Positions 13,051 to 25,310 are shown, counted from the first letter of the stretch. The stretch is 64,000 nt of DNA from Mobula hypostoma (GCF_963921235.1 NC_086109.1:7256001-7320000), one strand, 5' to 3'. Notes: a model not told the origin generated them from the sequence alone. Numbers and translations are program-made.

Positions 13051-13450
13051 TTGTCAGAGAAGAAAAGTGGCTACTACTGTCAGAAACACTTCCTGCAGTC
13101 TCAGAGTCAACTCTTAGAACCACCATGGAGGAGGCCCCGGAGCCTGAGATTGTTTTACAGCCATAAGTCTCACCTGCCAAACAGAATGAACTTTGTTGTC
13201 AGGAAAGACGTTATCCCACAAGAGTAAGAAATCCTCCACAGTGATTAAGTCTTTAGGCCTGAATGGGTCAATTTAAAATTTACAATTTTGTGGTTGTCTG
13301 TATAGAATGGGATAGAAGACCCGAGATTGAGGGAAAAATACATATACACACCACCCATAAGGGGTGAGGAAAAAAATAGAGCGACTAGAGAGCAATACGT
13401 TACATATTTGAGTTGAGCTGCATTCTATATTGAGTTGGAGTTTATAGCTA

Positions 13451-13462
13451 AGCAGGGAGGAG
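13451..13462 (+). promoter_or_regulatory. Polypurine tract
   Basis: agcagggaggag immediately before the 3' LTR. Confidence 0.7.
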
Positions 13463-13683
13463 TTTTGTGTATTTAATACTTCAGTAATATTTGAGTGATC
13501 TTGTAAATATATTGTTTGATTAAGCATTCTTTGTTTAGATAATTCATTACAGGTTATATGTAAAAGTACGTGAATGGCATACGTCATCACGCCACCACAT
13601 CATATGTGTGCGTCTCACTAAAGTGCGTCTCCTCAGCTTACATGTTTTTCTTTTGATTAATTTTGGAGTTAGTAAACATAATA
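13463..13683 (+). repeat. 3' LTR of Gypsy element
   Basis: Homologous to 7202-7439; followed by the TTAAC TSD. Confidence 0.9.
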
Positions 13684-13850
13684 TTAACTTATTAATCCAT
13701 AAGTCTTTGGAATGTGGGAGGGAACCAGAGCACCCAGAGGAAACCAACACGGTCACACGGAGGACATACAAACTCCTTACAGAAAGTGGCAGGAATTGAA
13801 CCTGGGTCACTGGCGTTGCCAAGCATTCTGCCGACTGCTACACTGCCATG
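13684..13850 (-). mobile_element. HE1/V-SINE-like SINE, second half (first half about 7120-7201)
   Basis: Joining 7160-7201 to 13689 onward reconstructs the same SINE seen intact at 4095-4330. Confidence 0.8.
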
Positions 13851-14024
13851 CCACCTGTATCATTAGTATCTCCACCAGTTGCAAAATAACCTCATATTCT
13901 TCAGAATATCCTCATCCTCATCAGTTTGCTAAACTCGTCCTGCAGCTGTGTCTCCAGAACCTTCACATCCTTCCAAAAGTGTGGGCACAATCCCCTAGCT
14001 CTGGCCAAAGTGATTCATCATGTC

Positions 14025-14260
14025 ATGGGACAGTGGCGCAGTGGGTAGTGGCAATGCCAAGTGTGTGCTGGAGACCCAGGTTCAATCCTGACCTCGGGTG
14101 CTGTTCAGGTGAAGTTTCCATGAGTTTCTTCTAGATATTCCAGTCTGCTCCTACATCTCATCAACATGTGAGTCGATGGGTTAATTGGCCATTGCTCATT
14201 GCCCCTAGTGTGCGGGTAAGATTCTATCCACAGCAGTAAGTGATGGGAATGTCAGAGAAT
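14025..14260 (+). mobile_element. tRNA-derived V-SINE-like element
   Basis: A box gtggcgcagtgg, B box ggttcaatcc, core ttaattggccattg. Confidence 0.65.
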
Positions 14261-14654
14261 TAAAGTTCAAAGTAAATTTATTGTCAAAGTACTGTACCAT
14301 ATACAACCCCGAGATTTATCTTCTTGCAGGCAATCACAGTAAATACAAGGAAACACGATAGAATCAGTGAAAAACTGCACACAACAAGATGGACAAACAA
14401 CCAATGTGCAAAAGACAACAAACTGTGCAAAAAGAAAACGAAAAATAATCAAAATAATATTAATAAAATTTAGAAATAAATACTGAGAACATGAGAAGAG
14501 TCCTTGAAAGTGAGTCTATAGGCTGTAGATTAGCGTAGGGTTAGTGAGGGATTGGTGTGAAGATGAATTCTGGGCCGTCCTGTCTAACTCTATTATTCTT
14601 AGTGAGTATGACCTCCTCGTTCTTTTACACTATGTTAGACTCAGGACCTATTCA

Positions 14655-15235
14655 AGGTATTGAGCGCAGGGGATGAAATGTTATGTTGCAGTTTGTATGA
14701 GATGCTTGTGAGCTGAATTTAAGATATTGTGTGCAGTTCTGGTCACCTACCATCAGGAAAGAAATCAATAACCCTGAAAGAGTGCAAAGAACATTTACAC
14801 AGATGTTGCCGGAACTTGAGGAGCTGAATCTCAGGGAAAGGTCGAGCAGGTTAGAACTTTATTCCCTGGAGCGTAGGACAATCATGGGAGATTTGATAGA
14901 GCTATACAAAATTATGAAGGGTATACTGTAGTTAAGGTAAATACAAGCAGGCTTAATTTCACTGAGGTTGGATGAGACTAAAACTAGAGGTCATAGGTTT
15001 AGGGAGAAAGGTGAAACATTTAAGGGGAATCTGAGGGGAAAACTCTTTACTCAGAGGGCGGTAAGAGTGTGGAACAAGTTGCCATTGAAGTGGTAGATGT
15101 GGGTTCTGTTGTAAGATTTAACAGAAGTTCAGATGGGAAGGGTGTGGAGGGATATGGTCTGGATTCAGGTAGATTGGTAGAGACTAAATGAGCTGAAGAG
15201 AATGATTTTGTTCTGTAGTACTCTATGTCTCCATG
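14655..15235 (+). mobile_element. CR1 3' fragment
   Basis: QFWSPTIRKEIN..ERVQRTFTQMLP...DLIELYKIMKG. Confidence 0.8.
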
Positions 15236-15491
15236 ACCTCATGTACTTGTTGAACTATTTTTCCACTTGCCCTGCCTGCATGTTTGCCCTCAGTCTCTCC
15301 ATTTTCAAACACAATGTAGAATTATGTTCTATGGTTTATATTCTCTCATTTCATTCTCCTTACCAGGTTTTTCCCTCCATCTCTTTACCTCTGCTAACCT
15401 GACTGTATCTGTCTGAGATCTGTTTCATGCCCTTTGACGACAGCAGTTACTGGGAGACCACACAGCAGCAATGATTTCATGCTGTTTGATT

Positions 15492-15770
15492 CATAGAAAC
15501 ATAGAAACATAGAAAATAGGTGCAGGAGTAGGCCATTCGGCCCTTCGAGCCTGCACCACCATTCAGTACGATCATAGCTGATCATCCAACTCAGAACCCT
15601 GTACCAGCCTTCCCTCCATACCCCCTGATCCCTTTAGCCACAAGGGCCATATCTAACTCCCTCTTAAATATAGCCAATGAACTGGCCTCAACTGTTTCCT
15701 GTGGCAGAGAATTCCACAGATTCACCACTCTCTGTGTGAAGAAGTTTTTCCTCATCTTGGTCCTAAAAGA
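15492..15770 (-). mobile_element. Young CR1/HER1 3' end
   Basis: (atagaaac)n tail and hairpin; nearly identical to 38480-38640. Confidence 0.8.
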
Positions 15771-15960
15771 ATTGTTGATTTTTTTTCAGGAGGATTTCTT
15801 CCTGTCGATTTAACCTTTGGAGCCTTATGTTCCCCAGAGTTCTTTGGCTTCAGAGTGTGAGTGGCCAACTGCATTCAGACTGAATGTGCGAATCATGCAG
15901 TTGCCTCACAGCTGTGGAGGAAGATCAGAAACTTTGGAATTTTAATAACTGAAGATAGCA

Positions 15961-15962
<2 letters not shown>

Positions 15963-16017
<55 letters not shown>
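15963..16017. repeat. (GT)n microsatellite
   Basis: Direct inspection. Confidence 0.95.
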
Positions 16018-16023
<6 letters not shown>

Positions 16024-16024
16024 T

Positions 16025-16858
16025 CTGTGTTTCTGTATGTATGGTTCAAAGGCTCAAAGGTACAATTTAATGTCAGGGAAATGTATACAAAATACATCCT
16101 GAAATGCTTTTTCTTCACAACCATCCATGAAAACAGAGGAGTGCTCCAAAGAATGAATGACAGTTAAATGTTAGAACCCTAAAGTCCCCCCCCCCAGCTC
16201 CCCCCTCCCACGTGTAAGCAGCAGCGAGCAACAATATTCCCTCCCCACACCAGCAAAAAAAGCATTGGCACCACTGCCGAGCACTCAAGCGAGAGCAAAG
16301 CAACAGGGAAGACACAGACCTGCAGTTACCCCAAAGACTTTGCGTTTCACCCGGTATTTGACATACCACAGGTTCTCTCTCTCCCCAATAAGGGAGGAAC
16401 AGATGTCTCCATTTTCCCAGCGAGCGGGGAAACATAACAAACAACTTGCTGGTTTGCGATGCTAAAAGTCAGTTACTTTGCCTTTCGAGCTCTGTGCCCG
16501 AAGATCACAAAGATCCCGGGTTTCCAGGCATATAGCAGATAACCCAATTCCCCCGACGACACACGGGTCTCCTGTTGTGACACTGATCCTCGATCTGCCC
16601 GTCTCCAGAGCCCCGAGATCCTAGGCTTCCGAATGCGAGCTGAACTCTTAGGCCAAGCCTTTGGCGTGCAGAACAACCCTGAGAGCGGGTCCCATTCCTG
16701 CAAAGAACCAAAGTCAGTGTGTAACTCCAGGTCAGGGTCTTCAAAAGAACCCTGAAAGAGAAAAATAGAGATATTAAAGATGGAAATAGAGCTGTTTCTG
16801 AAGATTCAAGCAAAGGACTTGCCGTTAGGCCCCATTAACCCTCCTAAACTCCGCCTTC
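16025..16858 (-). mobile_element. Non-autonomous Rex1-tail element (~0.8 kb)
   Basis: Shares blocks with 10395-11212 (ccaaagaatgaatgacagt, gagcgggtcccatt, aaagaacc) and the same 3' tail. Confidence 0.7.
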
Positions 16859-18029
16859 AGGTCCTTTTCTTGGCATCATTGTCGCTCAGTTCAAGGAAGC
16901 TTGCTGATCAGACTGATTTTTTTTCACTTAGCAGATGAAGATGGACACAGTTATAGTTGATCAATCAATAGTTGAGATATTTGTGCAATCAGAGACATCC
17001 CTGACAGCATTTTGGGTATCAAAGATCTTTGTCTTCAGAATGTTTTAGATCATCTGTGTGAATTGCTTTGCCCCAGCAAAGGTATCTGAAAAAAACTTTA
17101 CATACAGATAATGTTAACTGGTAGCAAAATGTTGCAAAGCATTGGGAATTGTTAGGAAGAACAAGGAGAAGAATAGAAAGATGGGGTGACAGAAATAAGA
17201 ACTAGAATTTGTTCCTCAACTTTTGACTTATACGACAGATGATTTGTTCATCCGAAACACATTGGTATGTTCTTCTAGTTCATACGAATCGTACCTGTAT
17301 TTGGATATCCTTTGTAGTTCATGAATCTTTTGTAATTCAAAAATCTTTTATAGATCAGAAATCCTTAGTGGGAGAGCCACAGTAATGGAGTGACAGTCCC
17401 AGAGAGTCAAAGTGATGAAAGACAGGAAGACAGAGGGACAGTCACAGAATAATGGTGCAGAGTGGCAGGGAGACAGAGTGAGAGTCGCGGAGTGACAGAA
17501 TTCTTGAACCTCAGCTGTCCTCCCTCCCTCAGAGCAGTTAGGGAGGGTGTTCCAGGATATAGGTCCCATGGTGATGAAGGAGCAGTGATGTGTTTCGGAT
17601 GGGGAATACTGTGGAATGCAGCCTTTGTCCTTTTCACTGACAGATGTCATGGATCTGGGAGCTGACTCCTCCAATGGAGCCCATTTTCATCCTATTTTCA
17701 CTGATTAACCAAGCGACAACTTATTCTGCAAAACTGCCGAGAGATGGAAGGAAGAATCTCATTGGCCATTGGCCAAAGCACTAAAACCCATTGAACTCTG
17801 TTTTTTTTAAATTAAGTATCCATAGGGATACTCAGAAAAGGCTTAACATTCTGCACATGTTGTTGCTGTCAGACCCAAGCTTAGCAAATTGTTGCCATTG
17901 GATCTGTGCCCTTAGGAAGGAGCTAGTCCAGCCTATAGCTGGCTCACTGTGAGTCCCAGCTATCAGTGCAAAAGCTTGAGAAAGAAACATTGGATCATGA
18001 GGGACTTCAGGGCTGTAGTGTACATGCAG

Positions 18030-18425
18030 CTGTAGTGGCACTGACGGTGGAGCGTGCTTTAGACTCTGTAGAGAGCGTTCTGACTGGTTGCAACTCCGTC
18101 TGGTGTGGAGGGGCCACTGCACAGGATCAGGAAAAGCCGCAGGAGATTGTAAACTCTTCCAGCTCCATCGTGAGCACTCACCTCCCCACCGTCGAGGACA
18201 TCTTCAGAAGTCAATGCCTCAAGAAGGCGGTGTCCATCATGAAGGATGCCACCACCCCAGACATGCCCTCTACTCATTGTTACCATTGGAGAAGAGATAC
18301 AGGAACCTGAAGACACACACTCAATGTTTTAGAAACAGCTTCTTCCCCTCCACCATCAGATTCCTGAACGGTCCATGAACCCATGAAGACTACCTCATGA
18401 ATTTGATCTCTTTCTGCCCTATTTT
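18030..18425 (+). mobile_element. Rex1/Babar LINE RT C-terminus
   Basis: ESVLTGCNSVWCGGATAQDQEKPQEIVNSS...RSQCLKKAVSIMKD...CFRNSFFPSTIRFLN. Confidence 0.85.
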
Positions 18426-18437
18426 TAATACATTATT

Positions 18438-18862
18438 CCTCCATAAGGACCACAACCTTGATGTAGGGTTTGGAGGCTTGCATGTCTCAACGACCCGGAG
18501 ACCTATGATAGCTGGAGTCAGGCCCTTATGCTTTGGCTCTTAGCAGGATCACCCACGCCAAACAGGTCAAAGGGTAGAGTCCGGACCAAGAGTGGTCCAC
18601 CGGTCCTCCTGGTTCAGGGGTTCAGCTCTGGGCTAACAACACTGACAGGTCAAAGAAACTGATTACAGAAACAGCAGTGAAGAATCTTTCTACATCTGAG
18701 TGCAATGGTATTCCTGAGTCTCCAACCGGGACTTGCACGACTGACAGCAGTGAAAACCGAGAGGGAGCTACTGACATGACGAAGGAAGCCCTGAACACGG
18801 CCAGAGAGGGAGGACCTTCATTGCTGCCCTAAACACCAGTGGTGTAACAGGCAGTAAGTAAG
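18438..18862 (+). mobile_element. Bipartite non-autonomous RTE element
   Basis: 13-bp TSD ttaatacattatt / ttaatatattatt; (taag)n tail; 3' end matches the RTE LINE at 53955-54650. Confidence 0.8.
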
Positions 18863-18884
18863 TTAATATATTATTATTAATGCA

Positions 18885-19561
18885 GGAGAAGATGGCGGTG
18901 CGACGGCAGCGCGCGGCCTCTCCGGTGAATGATATCTGTAATCTGTCAAGTAGGGGACCGTGCGCAATTCTGATTTAATGGAGACGGACATGAGAGTACG
19001 GAGGAACATCTGGAAAACTTCTGAAATGCCCGTTTCGCTGCCGCTGCTACTGTGTGGTAACCGTAATCTCTGCAGCTGAAGGCCTCGAAATCCTCGGCTT
19101 TGCGTGTTTCAGCGGCCGGGGCGAGGTCAAAGGCACTCGGCAGAGGATGGCGCTCGGGAGGCTGTATCGGAGGGGCTGGTCGGAGGCTCGGAGTTTTCGG
19201 ATGGATGGACTCAGTGTCGGCTGTGGTCGGCTGCTTCCAAGGCATCGGCAAGTTGACAGTGCCTGGAGGTTTATGGCAGGGAGTTTCTCCCTTTTGCCGC
19301 CGCTATCGGGGACTCGGGAGTCGATCGACTTGGGGACTTTGAGACTTTTTTTTTACTGTGCCCATGGTTTGTTCTTCATCAAATTATGGTATTGCTTTGC
19401 ACTGCTGTAACTATATGTTATAATTATGTGTCTGTCACTGTTAGTCTTTGGTTTGTCCTTTTTCTGTGATATTATTCCAGAGAAACTTTGTATCATTTCT
19501 TAATGCATGTATGCATTTCTTAAATGGCAATAAAAGAGGACTGAGTGTTCTCATAATCTAA
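18885..19561 (+). mobile_element. Non-autonomous ~680-bp retroelement (AAGATGGCG head, aataaa + (ctaat) tail)
   Basis: Highly similar inverted copy at 46867-47552; truncated copy at 27605-27820. Confidence 0.8.
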
Positions 19562-19905
19562 TTTATAGCAATTTTTATATATTGCACTGTACTGCTGCCA
19601 CAAAACTACAAATTTCATCTCATGTGACAGTGATATTAAAACTACTCTGAACCCTAAAACAAAACGTAAAACTCCTTGTCATTAATAGGCCAGCTTCATA
19701 AGTCCACCTCTACTTTATGAGAGCACACTTCACATCTCAGAGGCTGAACCTGCCCCATTTATCAATGGGAGCAGTGACACAGAGGGTAGTGCTTCAGTCA
19801 GCTCTGATGAAGTCAAGTCTATTGTCATTTAGCTATACACATGTATACTGTAGTATACATAACATACAATAACTTATGAAAGTAAGAATGAGATCTACAG
19901 ATGGA

Positions 19906-20108
19906 TTGTTGTTCAGTCATTAAGTCGAGTCCGACTCTTCGTGACCTCATGGTCCACTGGGTTTTCATGGTGAGATACGGATGTAGATTGCTAGGCCTTC
20001 CTTCTGCACAGATACGGCTGCTGCCCAGGTTGGGACCCGGCTGGGTTTGAACTCAGGACCATCTGCTTTGAAGACCAGTGCTGATACCACTACACCACCA
20101 GCCGGCCC
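19906..20108 (-). mobile_element. tRNA-derived SINE with BovB/RTE-like tail
   Basis: Minus: A box tggtgtagtgg, B box gagttcaaacc, tail catgaggtcacgaagagtcggactcgacttaatgactgaacaacaa. Confidence 0.75.
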
Positions 20109-20419
20109 ATAAATGAATCACCCATAAATAAACAACGTAAAGTGTATAAATTAAATATTGTAAGATATAGAACACATTAACCAGTGACACTTCAAATGCA
20201 ATGTGGCAGGGAGTTCTGAAGCCTAGTGGCCTGGGGGAAGAAACTGTTTCCATCCTGACTGTTCCTGTTTTTATGCATCAGAATCTCCTGCCTGAAAGTC
20301 AAAGAGGATGCTGGATGGATGGGTAGGATCCTTAATAATACTGAGGGCACCGCGCACGCAGCACTCCTGTGAAATGTTCCTTAGACTTTCTGAAAAGTTA
20401 ACTTGTTCCTCTCCACACC

Positions 20420-20489
20420 TCGTGGTGCAGACGCATTCTGGCTCCCATGTTTTTCTTTTGATTAGTTTGTGGAGTTATAAAACATAACA
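20420..20489 (+). repeat. Partial LTR (U5 end) of the same Gypsy family
   Basis: catgtttttcttttgattagtttgtggagttataaaacataaca matches the ends of both LTRs. Confidence 0.7.
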
Positions 20490-20653
20490 GGAACATTCGG
20501 CAAGTCTCCTGTCCCTATGAAACAGCGTAGTGTCCCAAATAAATGAAGGGAACCCCATCTATTTTCACAATTAGTTTTTGTTCTTTTGGAGTTGTCCCAA
20601 ATAAGCGGCTGCCCGGATTAACCGATGGCCCTATTTAACAGGAATCCACTGTA
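20490..20653. mobile_element. Tc1/mariner (Tigger/pogo-like) MITE end
   Basis: Ends ...ttaacaggaatccactg|ta (CAGT terminus with TA); repeated tgtcccaaataa subterminal motif. Confidence 0.5.
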
Positions 20654-20654
20654 T

Positions 20655-21500
20655 AGCTGCTGTCGTGCCTTCTTTGTAATTGCATCAATATGTTGGGCTT
20701 AGGTTCGGTTGTCAGGAATACTGACATCCCTGAAAGTGTGCACCCTTGCCACTTCTGATCCTTCGATGAGGATGGGTGTGTGTTCCCTCAGCTTCCCCTT
20801 CCTGAAATCCACGATCACTTCTTTGGTCTTAGAGACACTGAGTGCAAGGCCAGCCGATCTGTCTCAGAACTGTGTGCCTCCTCATCACTATCTGAAACTC
20901 CGCCAACGACAGTTGTGGCATCAGCAAATTTATAGATGGTATTTGAGCTGTGCCTAGTCACACGGTCAAGGGTGTAGAGAGAGTAGAACAGTGGGCTAAG
21001 TGAGGATCCTTGTTGATTATTAGCAAGAAGATACCTTTTCCAATCCACACAGACTAGGGTCTCCCAATGAGTCAAACATCTAGTTACAAAGGGAGATACT
21101 AAGGCCCAGGTTTTGGAGCTTGTTCATCAGGATTGAGGGTATGATTGTTTTGAATGCTGAGCTGTAATCAATAAACAGAAGCCTGACTATTGCTACTGTT
21201 CAGAAGGTCTAAGGCTGAGTGGAGAGCCAGTGAGATTGCATCTGCTGTAGACCTATTGTGGTGATAGACACATTGCAGTAGATCCAGGTCTGTGCTTTAG
21301 GCAGGAGTTGATCCAAGCTATAACTAACCACTCAAAGCATTTCATCACAGTAGATATGAGTGTCGCTGGGCGATAGTTGTTGAGACAGCTCACTGTGCTG
21401 TTCTTGGGCACTGGTATGATTGACATCCTTTTGAACCTCTGAATGCAGCAGAGAGAGATTGAAGATGTCCTTGAACACTCCACATGGTGGGTACCATGCC
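20655..21500 (-). mobile_element. Rex1/Babar LINE RT fragment
   Basis: SIIPVPKNSTVSCLNNYRPATLISTVMKCFEWLV and LSPLFYSLYT...IYKFADATTVVG. Confidence 0.85.
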
Positions 21501-21997
21501 AGGTATATCAGGTACCAGGTACGTTGATAGGTTCTTGATTGATCAGGAGTTTTGGAGTTACTAGGAGAAGGCAGAAAAACAGGGTTAAAAAATCAGCCTT
21601 GATGGAATGATGGAGCAGACTCGATGGGCTGAATGTCCTAATTCTGCTCCAATACCTTGTGGTGTAAGGAGGAGGAAAGGCTGGGTCTGCTCTGCTGGGA
21701 GTAGGCATGCACCCGTTGGATAGAATGGCCACATGCTGTAGGAAGCAACTATTTTTACTCTGCGCTTTTCCCAGCTCAGTATCAGAAATTAAGATCTTCT
21801 GGCAGTTGGGATGTTTTTTTCCAAACACTCTTTCGTCTGTTTCTCATCACAGCCTTCACTTTATTTTCCTTCTCGGCATTTGTTCTCTTCATCGCCTCGT
21901 TCAATGTACCCAGCTGTTTCAGAGTGACCTGGCAGCACAAATGTACAAAGTGAGTCAAAGTCAAGTTCAGTGTCACATTCAGAAGTACATGTTTGAG

Positions 21998-22520
21998 GTG
22001 CCCAGGGAGGGGTAGCACCGCTGCTGAAGGGGTTTGTCCTGTCCATTCTGGGGCAGCTCACTCACCTTTGGTCCCCACCAGACACTCAGCTCTCTCCTGT
22101 GGCTCCAATGTAGCTGTTTGCATGCGACAGCGGCCATTCCCCGGTACACTGTTTCGACAGGCGGGCTAAACCAGGCGAGAGTAGCCAGTGGCATCATACC
22201 CCAGTGAGATAGGAACATGTCTGTCCCAGCTTGTGAAGTCGGCTCCGGTGGACTGAGTGGATGAGACCTACAGTGAGATCCAACAGGTTTGAAGGTGGTT
22301 CTGCAACGCTCCATGGAGAGCAAAGGGCGTGACAAGGCTCGGAAGACGTCATGGTCATCCAGTGCAACCAAGGAAGATGCCAGTTTGTGACGCTTGTTCA
22401 TACCACTGGACCCAGACTTCTGAGGTTAAGAGAGTGGAACTTTCCCCGTGCAGTGGCTTTTCCACTTTAAAAACTCGCCCACACTGGTCTCCTGTCATTG
22501 TTGGACACGATGGACAACTA
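21998..22520 (+). mobile_element. Probable non-autonomous RTE-type element
   Basis: GC-rich UTR-like body with tail gtcattgttggacacgatggacaac; interrupts a reverse Rex1-type tail. Confidence 0.5.
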
Positions 22521-23087
22521 GTACAACACCCCACACGAATGCACAGGTGCAATGAATAACTTATTTGTGGCAGCATAAGATAGGCTGCGCTCACAAGAAA
22601 AAAACATGAATTAAACATAAATTGAACATAGTTTTTATGAGAAAGAACGTAATTACAAAAAAAAATCCATTTCAGTGCAGTGTTCAAAGTTGTCATAGTA
22701 TTGTTAAACTGCATTGATTAGGGCTGTGCCGGTTAAGAATTGAATGGTTGAAGGGGTATAGCTATTCCTGACCTCGGTAGTGTGGGGCTGGTTTACTTTA
22801 AATTAGTAAATTATAATTTGAACACAAGTTCTTATCTGAATAACTCTCATGCCAAAAATATGATACTGTGCATTCACTGTTCTTGGAGTAAATTATGGAT
22901 TCACATCCCAGATTGTTTTAAATTACCAGCTGTCTGACACAAGAACTATAGCTCATTCTGCAGAAAGAGGATGATCCTACTGTGTCACGTCAACAATCCA
23001 ATTTTAATTTTGCTGTGTTCAGATTCATTTATTTGTCTCGTGAAACACACAGTGAAACGTTGTTTGTGTTAACAACCAACCAAAAGA

Positions 23088-23972
23088 GTGGGAGGAGTCA
23101 GAAATGTGCCGCTAGAGGTTTTCGCAGACCTGGGCGACTACTTTCAGTTTGTCCGCGAAACAACTTATTCTTCTTTTCTCATATCTCTCCTTTCTTATCA
23201 TGGTGGCTGGGGTCCTGTCAGAGTCCAAGATCTACAACTACAGCTCAACAACTTCAGCTCAAACTACGGTTCTCCATGGGCGGTGGGTTCTCGTTCTCAG
23301 ACTTGCCGAGCGGCCTGGAATTTTGATATCTATAGGCGCATCCCGGAAGGTGTGAGCCTTCAGGGTGTGGCCCTGGGGATGACCTGGTTCCTCACCAATG
23401 TCGCTGACTGAAGCATTGTGGCAAAGACTGAAATATCCAGCCAACAGCAGGCGGTGTGCACTGCTGTCGGAAGATGCCCCCTGCACTCAAGCGATTCTCT
23501 CTCTCTTTTTTCGATGGTGAGTTCCTCGAGTCGGGGAGCTCGTAGAAGCGATGCCAAAGACTGTAACATCAAAACAGTGAGCTGCTGGTCTCCAGCTCTT
23601 CTTGTGGTCTCAGGAGTGATTTCTCTCCCCCTTACTAGTGAGAGAGAGCCTGTCTGAGATTCCGACGTGTGGGGTTACGGACTGTGGTTTTTTTGTTGAA
23701 CTCTAGGTCAAGGTCTCTGGGGGCACTTTTGCTATTATGTACATGGTGGGGATGTGGGGGGGTGGGGTCAGTGCTTTGGCCGATACAAGTGGGAGGAGGG
23801 GGAGGGGGAAGGTCGATGCTTTTGCTACTGCTTGTGCGTGGGAGGGGGAGGGGGCTTTGGGATGTTGCTGTTGTTCATTCTTTGGGGTTCTTTCTGTTGC
23901 GACGATGTCTGCGAAGAGTAAGAATTTCAGGTTGTATACTGTATGTCCCCGATATTAAATTGAACCCTTGAA
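23088..23972 (+). mobile_element. Non-autonomous Rex1-tail element
   Basis: 3' end agaatttcaggttgtatactgtatgtccccgatattaaattgaacccttgaa shared with 1540-1690, 10395 and 16025 copies. Confidence 0.65.
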
Positions 23973-24039
23973 GCCAAAGTAAAGAGGTGCTGGTGGCAGC
24001 CCGCAAGTATTCTGGCACCAGTGAAGTTTGCACGTTCTC

Positions 24040-24430
24040 CCTGTGAAGGCACTTGCTTCGTGGAGCAAAAGGCAAAATCTGTCAATGGCTTCCTATTTCC
24101 ATTCTGTCATGTCAGTGCACGGCCTCAGCTACTGCCATGAAGAGGCCACATTCAGTCTGGAGGAGCATTGCCTCATATTCTGTATTGATAGCCTCCTACC
24201 TGATGTCATGAACATCAATTTCTCTAGTTTCCGGTAATTTCTCCAACCTCCCTCCTTCTCTCTTTTTCCATTCCCCATTCTGACTCCCTCTCACCCCTTC
24301 TCTTCTCTTCTCACCTGCCCATCACCTCCCCCTGGTGCCCTTCCTCCTTCCCTTTCTCCCACGGTTCACTCTCCTCACCTCCCAGCTTCTTACTTCATCC
24401 CCCTCTCCCTCTCGCCTTCTTATTCTGGAT
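24040..24430 (+). mobile_element. Penelope-like element, GIY-YIG endonuclease C-terminus and pyrimidine-rich 3' UTR
   Basis: MSVHGLSYCHEEATFSLEEHCLIFCIDSLLPDVMNINFSSFR*. Confidence 0.75.
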
Positions 24431-24754
24431 TCTGCCTCTGCCGCCCACATAACGTGTCCCCATGTTCACAGTCAAGAAAGTAATAACACAACAACACCAA
24501 CAAAACCAAGCAACACCAAAACAAGTCCATTTCCCACCCACTCACACCCACAGGCAGCCTCCAACCCCAGGATGGGCTTCTGGTTCTCTATCCTCCAGGC
24601 CCTGGCCCGGACTTGCAGACTCACAGGCATCAGGCCTCCAACTTCCAGACGTGCCTTTGGTCCCTCAACTCGCAGACGTGCTGATGTTGTGTTTGGTTCT
24701 AGGGATTTGCTTGGCTCCTTGGAATGCTGGTCGCAAAAGTTCCTGAAGCTCCAT

Positions 24755-25310
24755 TGATCCCTGAAGGTTGACACGCAAGTTGACAGGGTGGCTAAGAGGC
24801 TGTTCCAGTGTGTTGGTCTTTACTAGTCAGGGGATTGAGTTAAAGAGCCGTGAGGTAATGTTGCAACTTTATAAAACTCAGGTTAGACCACTCTTGGAAT
24901 ATTGTGTTCAATTCTGGTCGCCTCATTACAAGGAAACTTTAGAGAGTGCGCAGAGGAGATTTACCAGGATGTTGCCTGGACCAGAGAGCATGTCTTAGGA
25001 GAAGAGGATGAGCAGTCTAGGGATGAGAGATGACTTGATAGAGGTGTACAAGATGATAAGAAGCACAGATTGTGTGGATAGCCAGACGCTTTCGCAGGGT
25101 GGAAATGACTAATACAAGTGGTGGGGGGGGGGGCATAATTTTAAATTGGTTGGAGGAAAGTGTAGGGGAGGTGTCAGAGGTAAGTTTTTACAGAGTGGAA
25201 CGTGCTGCCAGGGTTGGCGGTAGAGGCAGATACATCAGGGACTTTAAGAAACTCTTGCATTGACACTTGGATGATAGATAAATGGCAAGTTATGTAGGAG
25301 TGAAGGGTTT
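24755..25310 (+). mobile_element. CR1 3' fragment
   Basis: QGIELKSREVMLQLYKTQVRPLLEYCVQFWSPHY. Confidence 0.85.

Larger units (their letters stand above)
7202..13683 (+). mobile_element. Full-length decayed Ty3/Gypsy LTR retrotransposon (Mag/K02A2.6-like), with nested insertions
   Basis: Two homologous LTRs; TTAAC TSD at 7197-7201 and 13684-13688; PBS; PPT; gag double zinc knuckle; RT, RNase H and integrase remnants in Gypsy order. Confidence 0.92.

Noticed and set aside
18946..19410. ORFs conserved between 19 kb and 47 kb suggesting a duplicated gene
   Set aside because: Similarity holds in all frames because both are copies of one non-coding repeat.
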